Positions 47,007-56,236 of a DNA stretch of 64,000 nucleotides are shown here, one piece after another. Below the pieces are notes generated by a model. The model did no database searches. It saw only the letters and a list, made by a program, of their open reading frames with translations, and was not told the DNA's origin. A program made the translations under genes and the position numbers. The stretch is from an uncultured Candidatus Saccharibacteria bacterium (GTDB lineage: Bacteria; Patescibacteriota; Minisyncoccia; Phycocordibacterales; CAYSCM01), in the NCBI GenBank assembly GCA_964429815.1, contig CAYSCM010000001.1, positions 32,001-96,000 on the forward strand. Direction: 5' to 3'. Position 1 is the first letter of the stretch. Every line of letters starts with the position of its first letter.

Positions 47007-47231
47007 ATGCCGAGAAAAAAGCTCGAGGACATGCTTAATGCCACTGCGGAAGATTGGGCGAAGATCCCCCCCGATCCGGATGGACGCCGTATGGTATCCG
47101 TATCCGGCCCTCTCGAGGGGGATCTTCTCAGCGCCGCTCATGCCGCGCTTCATCACGGCGTCGGTCTCAAAGCCAGGACGAAAGAGGCAAAACTCTCTAT
47201 GCATGAGAACGTGTCCGAGCAGGACAAATAA
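47007..47231 (+). CDS. hypothetical small protein
   Basis: 74 aa. SD AAGGAG lies 7 nt upstream, and a terminator follows directly. Confidence 0.45.
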   Translation: MPRKKLEDMLNATAEDWAKIPPDPDGRRMVSVSGPLEGDLLSAAHAALHHGVGLKARTKEAKLSMHENVSEQDK

Positions 47232-47245
47232 CGCCTGCGCCCCAG

Positions 47246-47277
47246 GACGCCCGCCACAAACGGGCGTCTATTTTTTT
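47246..47277. terminator. bidirectional terminator between convergent genes
   Basis: GACGCCCG ccacaaa CGGGCGTC followed by TATTTTTTT. Confidence 0.65.
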
Positions 47278-47810
47278 GGAAAAATCGCCATACGGCGCCA
47301 GTCCAGAAAGAATGCCGGGAGAGGAACAAAATAGTTTTTGAGAGCATCCTTCTCCGAACCGGCGGGGTCGTGATAGAAAAAACCTGCGATTTCCCCGCCC
47401 TCACCCTCTCGAACCCCCACTAAAAGTACCTGATGGAATTTACGTTGATCCCAGAGGCGTAGTTGTGTCGAAATTATAACAGGATTCCCTATCTTAATGG
47501 CATTGCGAATCTGTGTGATATCGCGCTCGGACATCTGCTCTTTTCGCTCACATCCAAAACCAAATCTTTGTATAAGCGAGACCGAATAGTCATGTATCCA
47601 CCCCGAATCGCCGTAGCCTCCTTCCCTCATACCCCGTGCAATGAGTTCATCGAGACTCGGCAATTTTGCACCAAAGTACGCAAGCGCCATGTATACACAG
47701 GTCATCCCGCAGGAAAAAATACGTGAGTCAGGATTTTTGACGTCACGATACTGGGAATAGTAGGGAACTTCGAGAATCGTATCCGTGAAGGTTATCTGTC
47801 GGGTCATCAT
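47268..47810 (-). CDS. peptidase C39-like (papain-fold) domain protein
   Basis: VPYYSQYRD...SCGMTCVYMALAYFG with a downstream His region, typical of the C39_2 family. Confidence 0.6.
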   Translation of the reverse strand: MMTRQITFTDTILEVPYYSQYRDVKNPDSRIFSCGMTCVYMALAYFGAKLPSLDELIARGMREGGYGDSGWIHDYSVSLIQRFGFGCERKEQMSERDITQIRNAIKIGNPVIISTQLRLWDQRKFHQVLLVGVREGEGGEIAGFFYHDPAGSEKDALKNYFVPLPAFFLDWRRMAIFPKK

Positions 47811-47817
47811 GGTTGTA

Positions 47818-48282
47818 TTACGAAGTTAGAAATGGGTGGATATAAATAGCTGCCACCTTACGAACAGGATTACCCTCCGCCTGTGCCGCGTAATGTAGAG
47901 GATGTTCAATCGGGATGCGATATTCGAAACGGCTGCTGACGGCGGTCTTTTCGTTGAGCACAAAACCGTTGTGCTCATGCATTTCCTCATCTCTCTGTTT
48001 TATTTTTTCCCAAAGAACGACAGCTCCAGGGACTGGTTTATCCGTTGTGGTCCATCCTGATGCTTCCATATCCCGTGTCGTGCCCGAGACTGTGGCATGA
48101 ACTTCCTTAAGCAACTTGAAGTGGTACAGGATTGAAGAAACAAAATAAGCGCAAGAAACATCACCGTCGCGCAAGATGTCCTCCTTCTTGCCATCCACCT
48201 CCGCATAAAGAGTGCGAAAAAGGTTCGAACCGACCGAGTTGCGGATCATCGCGAGGTAGGTGTCCTTCAATAAAAATTTCAT
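47818..48282 (-). CDS. hypothetical protein with possible Cys/His papain-like (NlpC/P60- or CHAP-like) motifs
   Basis: SCAYFVSSILY and HEHNGFVL motifs; the function is a guess. Confidence 0.45.
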   Translation of the reverse strand: MKFLLKDTYLAMIRNSVGSNLFRTLYAEVDGKKEDILRDGDVSCAYFVSSILYHFKLLKEVHATVSGTTRDMEASGWTTTDKPVPGAVVLWEKIKQRDEEMHEHNGFVLNEKTAVSSRFEYRIPIEHPLHYAAQAEGNPVRKVAAIYIHPFLTS

Positions 48283-48310
48283 TTCCCGATACTACTTTAT
48301 TTTACTGAGG

Positions 48311-48392
48311 TGGGCGAGGGGAGAGTTGAACTCCCAATCCTTGCGGAATACGCTTCTGAGGCGTACGTGTATACCAATTCCACCACTCGCCC
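48311..48392 (-). tRNA. tRNA-Leu (anticodon CAG), class II with long variable arm
   Basis: Hand-folded. Acceptor GGGCGAG/CTCGCCC. Anticodon stem TACGC/GCGTA with loop CTCAGAA. Variable arm TCC-GCAA-GGA. T arm GGGAG-TTCAACT-CTCCC. No encoded CCA. Confidence 0.9.
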
Positions 48393-48544
48393 GTCTGTTC
48401 CATCCTACTCAAATATGAAAACGGGTCTAGCCGACATCAGACCGCGTGGGTCTCATTTAAAGGCGCCATCAATCCGATTTAAGCCTTCGACACACTGTTC
48501 TGTCAGCCGACTGGCGAGGGGCGGAAAAGCTGTACCGTCCTGTG

Positions 48545-48616
48545 TGCGAGTGGAAGGAATCGAACCTTCGACCTCTGTCTTATCAGGACAGCGTTCTACC
48601 ACTGAACTACACTCGC
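48545..48616 (-). tRNA. tRNA-Ile (anticodon GAU)
   Basis: Hand-folded. Acceptor GCGAGTG/CACTCGC. D arm GTTC/GAAC. Anticodon stem CTGTC/GACAG with loop CTGATAA. T arm GAAGG-TTCGATT-CCTTC. No encoded CCA. Confidence 0.9.
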
Positions 48617-48923
48617 AATGAGGTGGATACTAGCAAGAGAGCGCCTCCCTATCAACAGCTCCCCCTTCATGCGGGGTGCGTTTGGTCGGTACAATGATGG
48701 TGGTTCCAGTAGAAAGGAGAGAACCTTTGTGCGGTTGGTCACGACGTACACTCAAACGGGATCGCGGTCGTAGCCGAGAAATTCGGTCAAAGCCCATCCA
48801 GGAGGAGCTTTCCCTGCTCACCCCGAATGTCTCACGTGTCCTTCCCGAAGCCACAGTCGCTCCACCGGCGAGTCGCTCCGCGCGGCTCCCCTCACAGCAG
48901 CGACTCGCTGAGCTCTATGCCGC

Positions 48924-48973
48924 AAGGAGGTGATCCAGTCGCGTAAGAGCCCTACCAAGGCGCTTACGACTAC
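48924..48973 (-). rRNA. orphan 16S rRNA 3'-terminal segment (AGTCGTAA, hairpin, CTGGATCACCTCCTT)
   Basis: Minus-strand sequence GTAGTCGTAAGCGCCTTGGTAGGGCTCTTACGCGACTGGATCACCTCCTT. 15-nt identity to the universal 16S end, followed by the ITS and tRNA-Ile. Confidence 0.7.
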
Positions 48974-49028
48974 CGTTTTCGAACGTTCTTTCTTTCAAGC
49001 GCGCCGCGTTAGCGGCGCGCTTTCTATT

Positions 49029-49057
49029 CAAAAAAAGACCCGCTCTCAGAGCGGGTC
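49029..49057 (-). terminator. rho-independent terminator of the small-membrane-protein operon
   Basis: GACCCGCT ctgag AGCGGGTC followed by TTTTTTT on the minus strand. A second 11-bp GC hairpin lies at 48997-49022. Confidence 0.7.
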
Positions 49058-49069
49058 AGGTACGGGGGG

Positions 49070-49477
49070 TTATGCATCGTCGCGGTGACATAGCCGCAGG
49101 AGCGCACTAACGATGAGGACAGCTCCGAGGACGACCGGGGTGAACGCGGCGTTGAGTTCCCTATGGATGCCTAACCGGAGACCAATGAAGGTGACGACGA
49201 GGCCACCGAAGAACAGGATCGCGCTTTTCTCCACGTACGGGCTCCAGATTCGACAGAGGATGCCGCGCCATCCTCCCGTCATGAGAGCGGAAGCTACCAC
49301 CCCCAAGCTGTAGGAGGGAAAAGAATCCGTTTCCCGAACGAGGGCGTGGACGAAAAGCATGAGCCCGAGGAGAAAGACAAACGTGCCGAGTCCGATGATA
49401 AGCCGAGCCACGATGGACTCGCGAAGAACGCGAGGACGACTCCAATCGTGAAAAAGCTTGGTGGAGCGTTGAGACAT
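49070..49477 (-). CDS. small integral membrane protein (hypothetical), about 135 aa
   Basis: Starts at MSQRSTKL with SD AGAAGGAGGG 7 nt upstream. Three to four TM-length hydrophobic segments. Confidence 0.55.
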   Translation of the reverse strand: MSQRSTKLFHDWSRPRVLRESIVARLIIGLGTFVFLLGLMLFVHALVRETDSFPSYSLGVVASALMTGGWRGILCRIWSPYVEKSAILFFGGLVVTFIGLRLGIHRELNAAFTPVVLGAVLIVSALLRLCHRDDA

Positions 49478-49561
49478 GGATGGACCCTCCTTCTTTCGTC
49501 GTGATACCACTCTTCCTGAGCCGCCGCAACCTGTGGAAAACCGTTACGCAAGAAGGCCGCC

Positions 49562-49771
49562 CTACGGGCGGCCTTGCGGCTTTTTCTCGGCGCGACAGAT
49601 AAAGACGCACAGTATCATAAGCGCGATCGCGATGATGATAAAGAGCGTCCCCGCCGGCAGCGCATGAACAGGTTTTCCGCGTTGGATGATGCCGCCGATG
49701 AGCGCGGCAAAGCCGGCACCGGCAAGAACGAGCGCGAAGAAAGCCGTTGTGAGATTCGCTGCCTTTTTCAT
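49562..49771 (-). CDS. small membrane protein (hypothetical), 69 aa
   Basis: MKKAANLTTAFFALVLAGAGFAALIGG... with two TM-length segments. ATGA overlap with the upstream mini-ORF. Confidence 0.5.
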   Translation of the reverse strand: MKKAANLTTAFFALVLAGAGFAALIGGIIQRGKPVHALPAGTLFIIIAIALMILCVFICRAEKKPQGRP

Positions 49772-49893
49772 GGGAGCCTCACGAGCGGTCCGTGGAAGTA
49801 GAGAAACACGTCGAGCGCCAAACTGAAAAAGAACAGGCTTAGCAGGATACGTTTCTTCCCGCTTGGGCCCGAGAACGCCTTGATGGGATGCAT
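49768..49893 (-). CDS. mini-ORF, 41 aa hydrophobic peptide (hypothetical)
   Basis: Own translation: MHPIKAFSGPSGKKRILLSLFFFSLALDVFLYFHGPLVRLP. SD GGGAGGG lies 6 nt upstream. Below the ORF-track cutoff. Confidence 0.4.
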   Translation of the reverse strand: MHPIKAFSGPSGKKRILLSLFFFSLALDVFLYFHGPLVRLP

Positions 49894-49996
49894 GCTAGCC
49901 CTCCCTGGTACCTTGGCACATCCTAGCTAAAGAGGCATGCCGGCGCAATCTAAGAAGAGCGCCGCCGGTGGTGCCGGCGGCGTCGTGTCCCCACGA

Positions 49997-50251
49997 TCAA
50001 GGGAAGGTTCGGTCGATGAACGAGCCGAAGTAGCCGACGCCGAAGCCGAGTCCGAGGTACTGGAGCGGTCGGAGCGGTGCCTCGAGCATGTTGACGGCAG
50101 CGTAGGCGCCGAGCATCCAGGCTATACCTACCGTGAGCGCCCCGGCGGCCACGCCGGTCGCAACGTCACGGTACCAAGAGGCCTGAGCGTCCCACATGTG
50201 GTCGAGGCGCTCGAGTCCAGTGCGATAGTTCCGTAGGGTTCCGTCGGGCAT
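49997..50251 (-). CDS. small membrane protein (hypothetical), 84 aa
   Basis: SD AAGGAGGTT at 50255-50263. Hydrophobic core VATGVAAGALTVGIAWMLGAYAAV and a second segment LGLGFGVGYFGSF. Confidence 0.55.
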   Translation of the reverse strand: MPDGTLRNYRTGLERLDHMWDAQASWYRDVATGVAAGALTVGIAWMLGAYAAVNMLEAPLRPLQYLGLGFGVGYFGSFIDRTFP

Positions 50252-50322
50252 AGGAACCTCCTTTCCTTTCCCGTCCCTGTTCTACCGAAGTTTTGCGCTC
50301 TACACAATGGCTTCCTCCCCAT

Positions 50323-50357
50323 GCGCAAAAAAGCCCCTTATAAGGGGCTTTTTTGCG
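50323..50357. terminator. strong bidirectional hairpin with A/T runs immediately after the 16S trailer stem
   Basis: CGCAAAAAAGCCCC ttataa GGGGCTTTTTTGCG. Confidence 0.6.
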
Positions 50358-50359
50358 TT

Positions 50360-50388
50360 GGTACCAGAGTCTCTTTTGTTCCGTTCAA
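50360..50388 (-). promoter_or_regulatory. 3' arm of the pre-16S processing stem (RNase III-type)
   Basis: Complementary to 51987-52015: 8 bp, a 2x2 internal loop, then 19 bp. Confidence 0.7.
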
Positions 50389-50516
50389 TATACCAGTACG
50401 CATTTCTGGAAAGCGAGCAGACTTTAAAGACATACTGCTATGGTCTACTTCCGTACTCGATCGAGATACAGAATATCGACCGGATAAGTCTTACCTTCCG
50501 AAGAAGGAGACAGTTC

Positions 50517-51981
<1,465 letters not shown>

Positions 51982-51986
51982 ATTCG

Positions 51987-52015
51987 TTGAACGGAACAAA
52001 AGAGAGGCTGGTACC
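51987..52015 (-). promoter_or_regulatory. 5' arm of the pre-16S processing stem
   Basis: GGTACCAGCCTCTCTTTTGTTCCGTTCAA on the minus strand, pairing with 50360-50388. Preceded in the leader by the SD-like AGAAGGAGGT. Confidence 0.7.
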
Positions 52016-52230
52016 TCCTTCTTGATTCCTTTTACCCGTCCGAGCCGCAAAGCGGTTAGGATTAGGGTTTTTTGATCAGACTACACCGCCCTGGTTGGCG
52101 GCTAATCTAGTTGAACAGATTTTGTCTGCTCGCACATAACGTTCTTTGATTATCAATGATCACTACCTCATTGGCCGTTCGCCTCAAGCGGATTAGGCCG
52201 AAACAAAAACCTGCCCAAGGCAGTGCAGAC

Positions 52231-52258
52231 AGTATACGCAGAATTTGATGGGTGTCAA
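52231..52258 (-). promoter_or_regulatory. candidate 16S promoter
   Basis: Minus-strand TTGACA (52258-52253), 16-nt spacer, TATACT (52236-52231). About 250 nt upstream of the 16S 5' end. Confidence 0.5.
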
Positions 52259-52386
52259 ATGAAGGTCGCTCGCACACATCTTTTTGGAAACACGCATAAA
52301 ATAGGGCTTATTTTTGCTCCGCTCGCGCCGTCGCTCTGTGCGAGGTTTCCAAAAAGAGAATGCTCGCTCAAACAGGAAATGTAAAA

Positions 52387-52989
52387 TCAGATTGCGCCAC
52401 TCTGTGGAGGTTTTTTATTGAGATGTTGCCCAAAGAACGCCAGAGCTGTGATCGTTGTGTTGGCAAAAATCAAATAAATCGGATAAATCAGGTTAGCAAT
52501 ATCGAATTTTGTAGTCGAGACGGCAGCTAGAATTGCAGCGACGGCAATCATTGCCCACCCGAGAACGTTTTCTGAATAGGGCTCTCGATATGTCTTGGCT
52601 ATTGTCGGAATAGTCGAAATCAGGTCAGCCAGTACCGCTAGAATGAGCGCTACGAGAGGTTGTTTTGTAATTTGCCACAAACCTATAGCGATTATTGCTA
52701 GAGCAAAACAAGTATAATCAAGTGCCCCGTATTTTCTGTACCCATAACCAGACAAAGCAACAACAAGAATAAGCGCAGTGTTAAAAGTTGTTGTTATCAA
52801 GATTATGATGGACCACGATGCGCCGGCACTGAACTGAGCGGCTATGGCAATAATTTGTAGCGTGGTCCAAAGAACAAATGAAATTATATTTGGCCGAGTC
52901 GTACCCTTTATCATGCTTCTGACATAGGGGAAAACAGAGGCAATCTGGATTATTCCAGCAATAATTCCAACTACCGCATGCCAATCCAT
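52387..52989 (-). CDS. polytopic integral membrane protein (hypothetical; faint PQ-loop-like flavour)
   Basis: 200 aa from MDWHAVVGIIAGIIQIASVF, hydrophobic throughout. The track's N-terminal extension overlaps secF and is rejected. Confidence 0.5.
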   Translation of the reverse strand: MDWHAVVGIIAGIIQIASVFPYVRSMIKGTTRPNIISFVLWTTLQIIAIAAQFSAGASWSIIILITTTFNTALILVVALSGYGYRKYGALDYTCFALAIIAIGLWQITKQPLVALILAVLADLISTIPTIAKTYREPYSENVLGWAMIAVAAILAAVSTTKFDIANLIYPIYLIFANTTITALAFFGQHLNKKPPQSGAI

Positions 52990-52990
52990 C

Positions 52991-53893
52991 TTATTTCTTC
53001 TGCCAGCGCTCGATGGTGACGAGAAGTGGCGAGCCGAGGAAAATTGAGGAGTAGGTACCAGCGGCAATACCAATGAGAAGGGCAAGGGCGAAATTTTTGG
53101 TCGCCTCCGCGCCGAAAAAGTAAAGCGCGAGGAGCGAGAGGAGCACGGAGAGCGAGGTGTTGATCGAGCGATTAAAGGTCTGCGCAATACTCTTCCCAAC
53201 CGTAGTCCCAAACTCTTCCCGAATTCCCTGCTGGTGATTCACGCGGAGATTTTCACGCACGCGGTCGAAGACGACGATGGTATCGTGGACCGAAAAACCG
53301 AGCACCACGAGAAGCGCAGTGACAAAGAGCGTATCCACCTCAAACCCGGCATAGTGTCCGAGTATCGCAAATACCCCCGTTGGAATGATGACGTTATGGA
53401 TAAGCCCCACAATGGCGACCAATCCATACTTCCACGATGAAACAGGCTGCGACACCTTGCGAAACGCGAACGCGATGAAGAGGAGGATGGCCACGATGAC
53501 GAGCGCGACCGCGATCGTCGACTTGGTGCGAAGTTCCGAGCCGATCGTGGGGCCGATAGAGTTGTGCTGCTCACTCGTGATCTTCGCCGTCCCCCCGAGA
53601 GAAAGGGCGTTGAGAACTGCCACACGCTCTGGCTCTTGGAGATCTCGCGAACGAAGGATGTAACCATCGACTCCTGTGGGGCGCAGCGAGTAGGTTCCGA
53701 GCGTGAGAGTATTTAATTTACCCTCAGCCGCGGTTTTATCGGGCACTTGTCCCGCGTAGTGGACCTCTGTGAGAGCCCCGCCGGTAAAATCAATGCCGAG
53801 CTGAAGTCCAAAGAAAACAATCGCAAGGAGAGAGAGCCCCACCAGGACGGCGGAGAGGGCGTAGAAGAGTTTTCGATAAGTGATGACGAACAT
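52991..53893 (-). CDS. secF: protein translocase subunit SecF
   Basis: LGIDFTGGALTEV and the C-terminal RND-like TM bundle. Confidence 0.85.
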   Translation of the reverse strand: MFVITYRKLFYALSAVLVGLSLLAIVFFGLQLGIDFTGGALTEVHYAGQVPDKTAAEGKLNTLTLGTYSLRPTGVDGYILRSRDLQEPERVAVLNALSLGGTAKITSEQHNSIGPTIGSELRTKSTIAVALVIVAILLFIAFAFRKVSQPVSSWKYGLVAIVGLIHNVIIPTGVFAILGHYAGFEVDTLFVTALLVVLGFSVHDTIVVFDRVRENLRVNHQQGIREEFGTTVGKSIAQTFNRSINTSLSVLLSLLALYFFGAEATKNFALALLIGIAAGTYSSIFLGSPLLVTIERWQKK

Positions 53894-53895
53894 AG

Positions 53896-55281
53896 CTAGA
53901 ATTTGAACCCGTTACCAAAGAGTGCTCGCACTGCGCCCTTGTTTTCCCGGTGAAGAAGGCCGAGCGCATAAAGGAAGGTACGGCTTATAGAGACCGCGGT
54001 AAACATCGAGACGAGGACCCCGACCCCGAAGACAAGCGCAAAACCTTTAATAACCGCTGTGCCGCCAAGCCAGTAGAGGATAAAGGCGGTAATGATGGAA
54101 GAAATATTTGAGTCGCGGATTGAAGGCCACGCACGCGCAAAGCCTTCACGGATGGCTTCACCGAGCTTGTGTCCACGATTGAGCTCCTCTTTCATACGCT
54201 CGAATATGAGAATGTTCGCGTCAACCGCCATACCGACAGAGAGAATGAATCCTGCGATGCCGGCCGCAGTGAGCGTCACCGGGATGATCTTAAAGAGCGC
54301 GAGCATCATGACGACGTACATTCCGAGCGCCAGAATAGAGATGAGGCCGGGGAGGCGGTACCACAGGAGCATGAAGAGGGCGACGGCAAGGAAGCCGAGT
54401 TCGCCCGCATAGACACTCTTAGCTGCTGCCGCTTCTCCGAGCGAGGCACCGATCGTTTGAGTCCCGATAAGGGAAATGGGTACAGGGAGCGCGCCGAAAT
54501 TGAGGCTCTGCACAAGATCGCGCGCCTCGGTCGGCGTAAAGTTCCCGGAAATCGTCGCTTTACCACCAGTGATGGCCTCGCGGATGACTGGGGTCGATAT
54601 CGGTACGCCGTCGAGGAAAATGCCCAGTACGCCGCCTACATGCTCGCGCGTAATCTTTTCAAAAAGCGCCGAACCTTCCGCATTGAATTCGATCGACACG
54701 ATCGGTTGATTAATGTTCGCGCCACCCTGCCCTGTCCCGAAATTGAGCGTTGCGCGGGAGAAGAGGCGCCCGGTGAGGCCGGTGTCCGTGAAGGCCGAGT
54801 TGACGTCGAAAGTTTTGGCCTCTGAGGAGCCCGGCTCCGGTATCTTCGCGTCCGGCTTCATGAGCTTGAACTCAAGGAGAGGCGTCTTGCCGATGGCGAA
54901 AATCGCGGCGTTTACGTCCGTGACGCCAGGAAGCTCGACGATGAGGCGGTTCTCGGAGACGCCGGAGAGCGCGCTTGCGCGCTCCACCTGCACGAGAGGC
55001 TCCGAGACACCGAAAGCATTTACACGGCTCTCAATGACGGTGCGCAGCACTTCCATCGATGGTCCAATGTCGCCGGAAGCAACCTTTTTGGTGTCGGCTT
55101 TGTAGACGAGATGCGACCCGCCCGAGAGGTCGAGGCCGAGCTTAAAGGCGAAGCGCCCCGGGGAAAGCTGGGAGTGATAGACGAAGTAGCCGACCGCAAT
55201 CCCTGCGATGAGTATTAAAATGGCACTGACGCGCTGCCATACCATGGGGGTGAGCTTAGCAGAAAACCCTACCGTATGCAC
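53896..55281 (-). CDS. secD: protein translocase subunit SecD
   Basis: LGLDLSGGSHLVYKAD and the C-terminal TM bundle. The start may instead be at 55245. Confidence 0.85.
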   Translation of the reverse strand: MHTVGFSAKLTPMVWQRVSAILILIAGIAVGYFVYHSQLSPGRFAFKLGLDLSGGSHLVYKADTKKVASGDIGPSMEVLRTVIESRVNAFGVSEPLVQVERASALSGVSENRLIVELPGVTDVNAAIFAIGKTPLLEFKLMKPDAKIPEPGSSEAKTFDVNSAFTDTGLTGRLFSRATLNFGTGQGGANINQPIVSIEFNAEGSALFEKITREHVGGVLGIFLDGVPISTPVIREAITGGKATISGNFTPTEARDLVQSLNFGALPVPISLIGTQTIGASLGEAAAAKSVYAGELGFLAVALFMLLWYRLPGLISILALGMYVVMMLALFKIIPVTLTAAGIAGFILSVGMAVDANILIFERMKEELNRGHKLGEAIREGFARAWPSIRDSNISSIITAFILYWLGGTAVIKGFALVFGVGVLVSMFTAVSISRTFLYALGLLHRENKGAVRALFGNGFKF

Positions 55282-55286
55282 TACTG

Positions 55287-56231
55287 CTACAGGAGCTCCT
55301 GGGTTTGTGTGAGACCTTCGATAAGCGTATGTCGAGGCACGTATCCGAGAATCTTTTTTGCCTTAGATATATCGGCAAAGCTGTGTGGGATATCTCCAGG
55401 GCGAGAGGGCGCAAAATGAGGCTCGATAGAGGTTCCAAGCACGGTGTTGATGGTCGCCACAAGTTCGCGAAGGTTCGTCCGCTCCAGCCCCCCCACATTG
55501 AAAACCTCGCCCGCGATACCCTCTTTCTCTGCCGCCAAGATATTTGCAGCCACGGCGTCGGAGACGTAGGTGAACGAGCGGGAAGCTGACCCATCGCCAT
55601 AAATAGTCGGCCGTTCCCCGGCCTTCATAAGTTTAATGAATTTGGGAATTACCGCGGAATACTCTGAATTCGGATCCTGCCGCGGCCCATAGATATTAAA
55701 ATAGCGTAGGGAGACAGTTTCGAGCCCGAAAAGCGAATAAAATTGTTTTGCGTACACCTCCCCGAGATATTTCTGCGCAGCATAGGGAGAAAGAGGATTG
55801 GGAGGCAAATCTTCGACCTGCGGTAGCACGGGCGTGTCGCCATAGTAGGAACTTGATGCGGCATACACCACTCGCTGGACGCCCGTGTCGCGGGCCGCGA
55901 GAAGTACCTGGAGCGTTCCCGTCGCATTCGCCTCATGCGAGGTAAGCGGGTCCCGTACGCTCTTGGGAACGGACGGTACCGCTGCCTGGTGGAACACAAC
56001 ATTAGCGCCCGAGAAAACGCGGGCGAGAGCGCCGAGGTCGAGAATGCTCGCCGGTATGAATTCGATACGGTCGGCAACACCTTTAAGATTTTCTGCACTA
56101 CCTGTTGATACGTCATCGACCACTCTGACGGTATACCCGCGCAACAGAAGCTCTTCAACGAGATGCGAACCAATGAATCCCGCACCTCCTGTTACCACAG
56201 CTCTTTTCATGGTAGGTGTAACGACCTTCAT
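55287..56231 (-). CDS. NAD-dependent epimerase/dehydratase (UDP-hexose 4-epimerase-like)
   Basis: VVTGGAGFIGSHLVEELL and YAAQK motifs. Confidence 0.8.
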   Translation of the reverse strand: MKVVTPTMKRAVVTGGAGFIGSHLVEELLLRGYTVRVVDDVSTGSAENLKGVADRIEFIPASILDLGALARVFSGANVVFHQAAVPSVPKSVRDPLTSHEANATGTLQVLLAARDTGVQRVVYAASSSYYGDTPVLPQVEDLPPNPLSPYAAQKYLGEVYAKQFYSLFGLETVSLRYFNIYGPRQDPNSEYSAVIPKFIKLMKAGERPTIYGDGSASRSFTYVSDAVAANILAAEKEGIAGEVFNVGGLERTNLRELVATINTVLGTSIEPHFAPSRPGDIPHSFADISKAKKILGYVPRHTLIEGLTQTQELL

Positions 56232-56236
56232 GCGGC

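Noticed and set aside
48924-48938. AAGGAGGTGATCC read on the plus strand as a very strong ribosome-binding site
   Set aside because: No ATG/GTG/TTG lies at a usable distance downstream on the plus strand. The motif is better explained as the reverse complement of the 16S 3' terminus.
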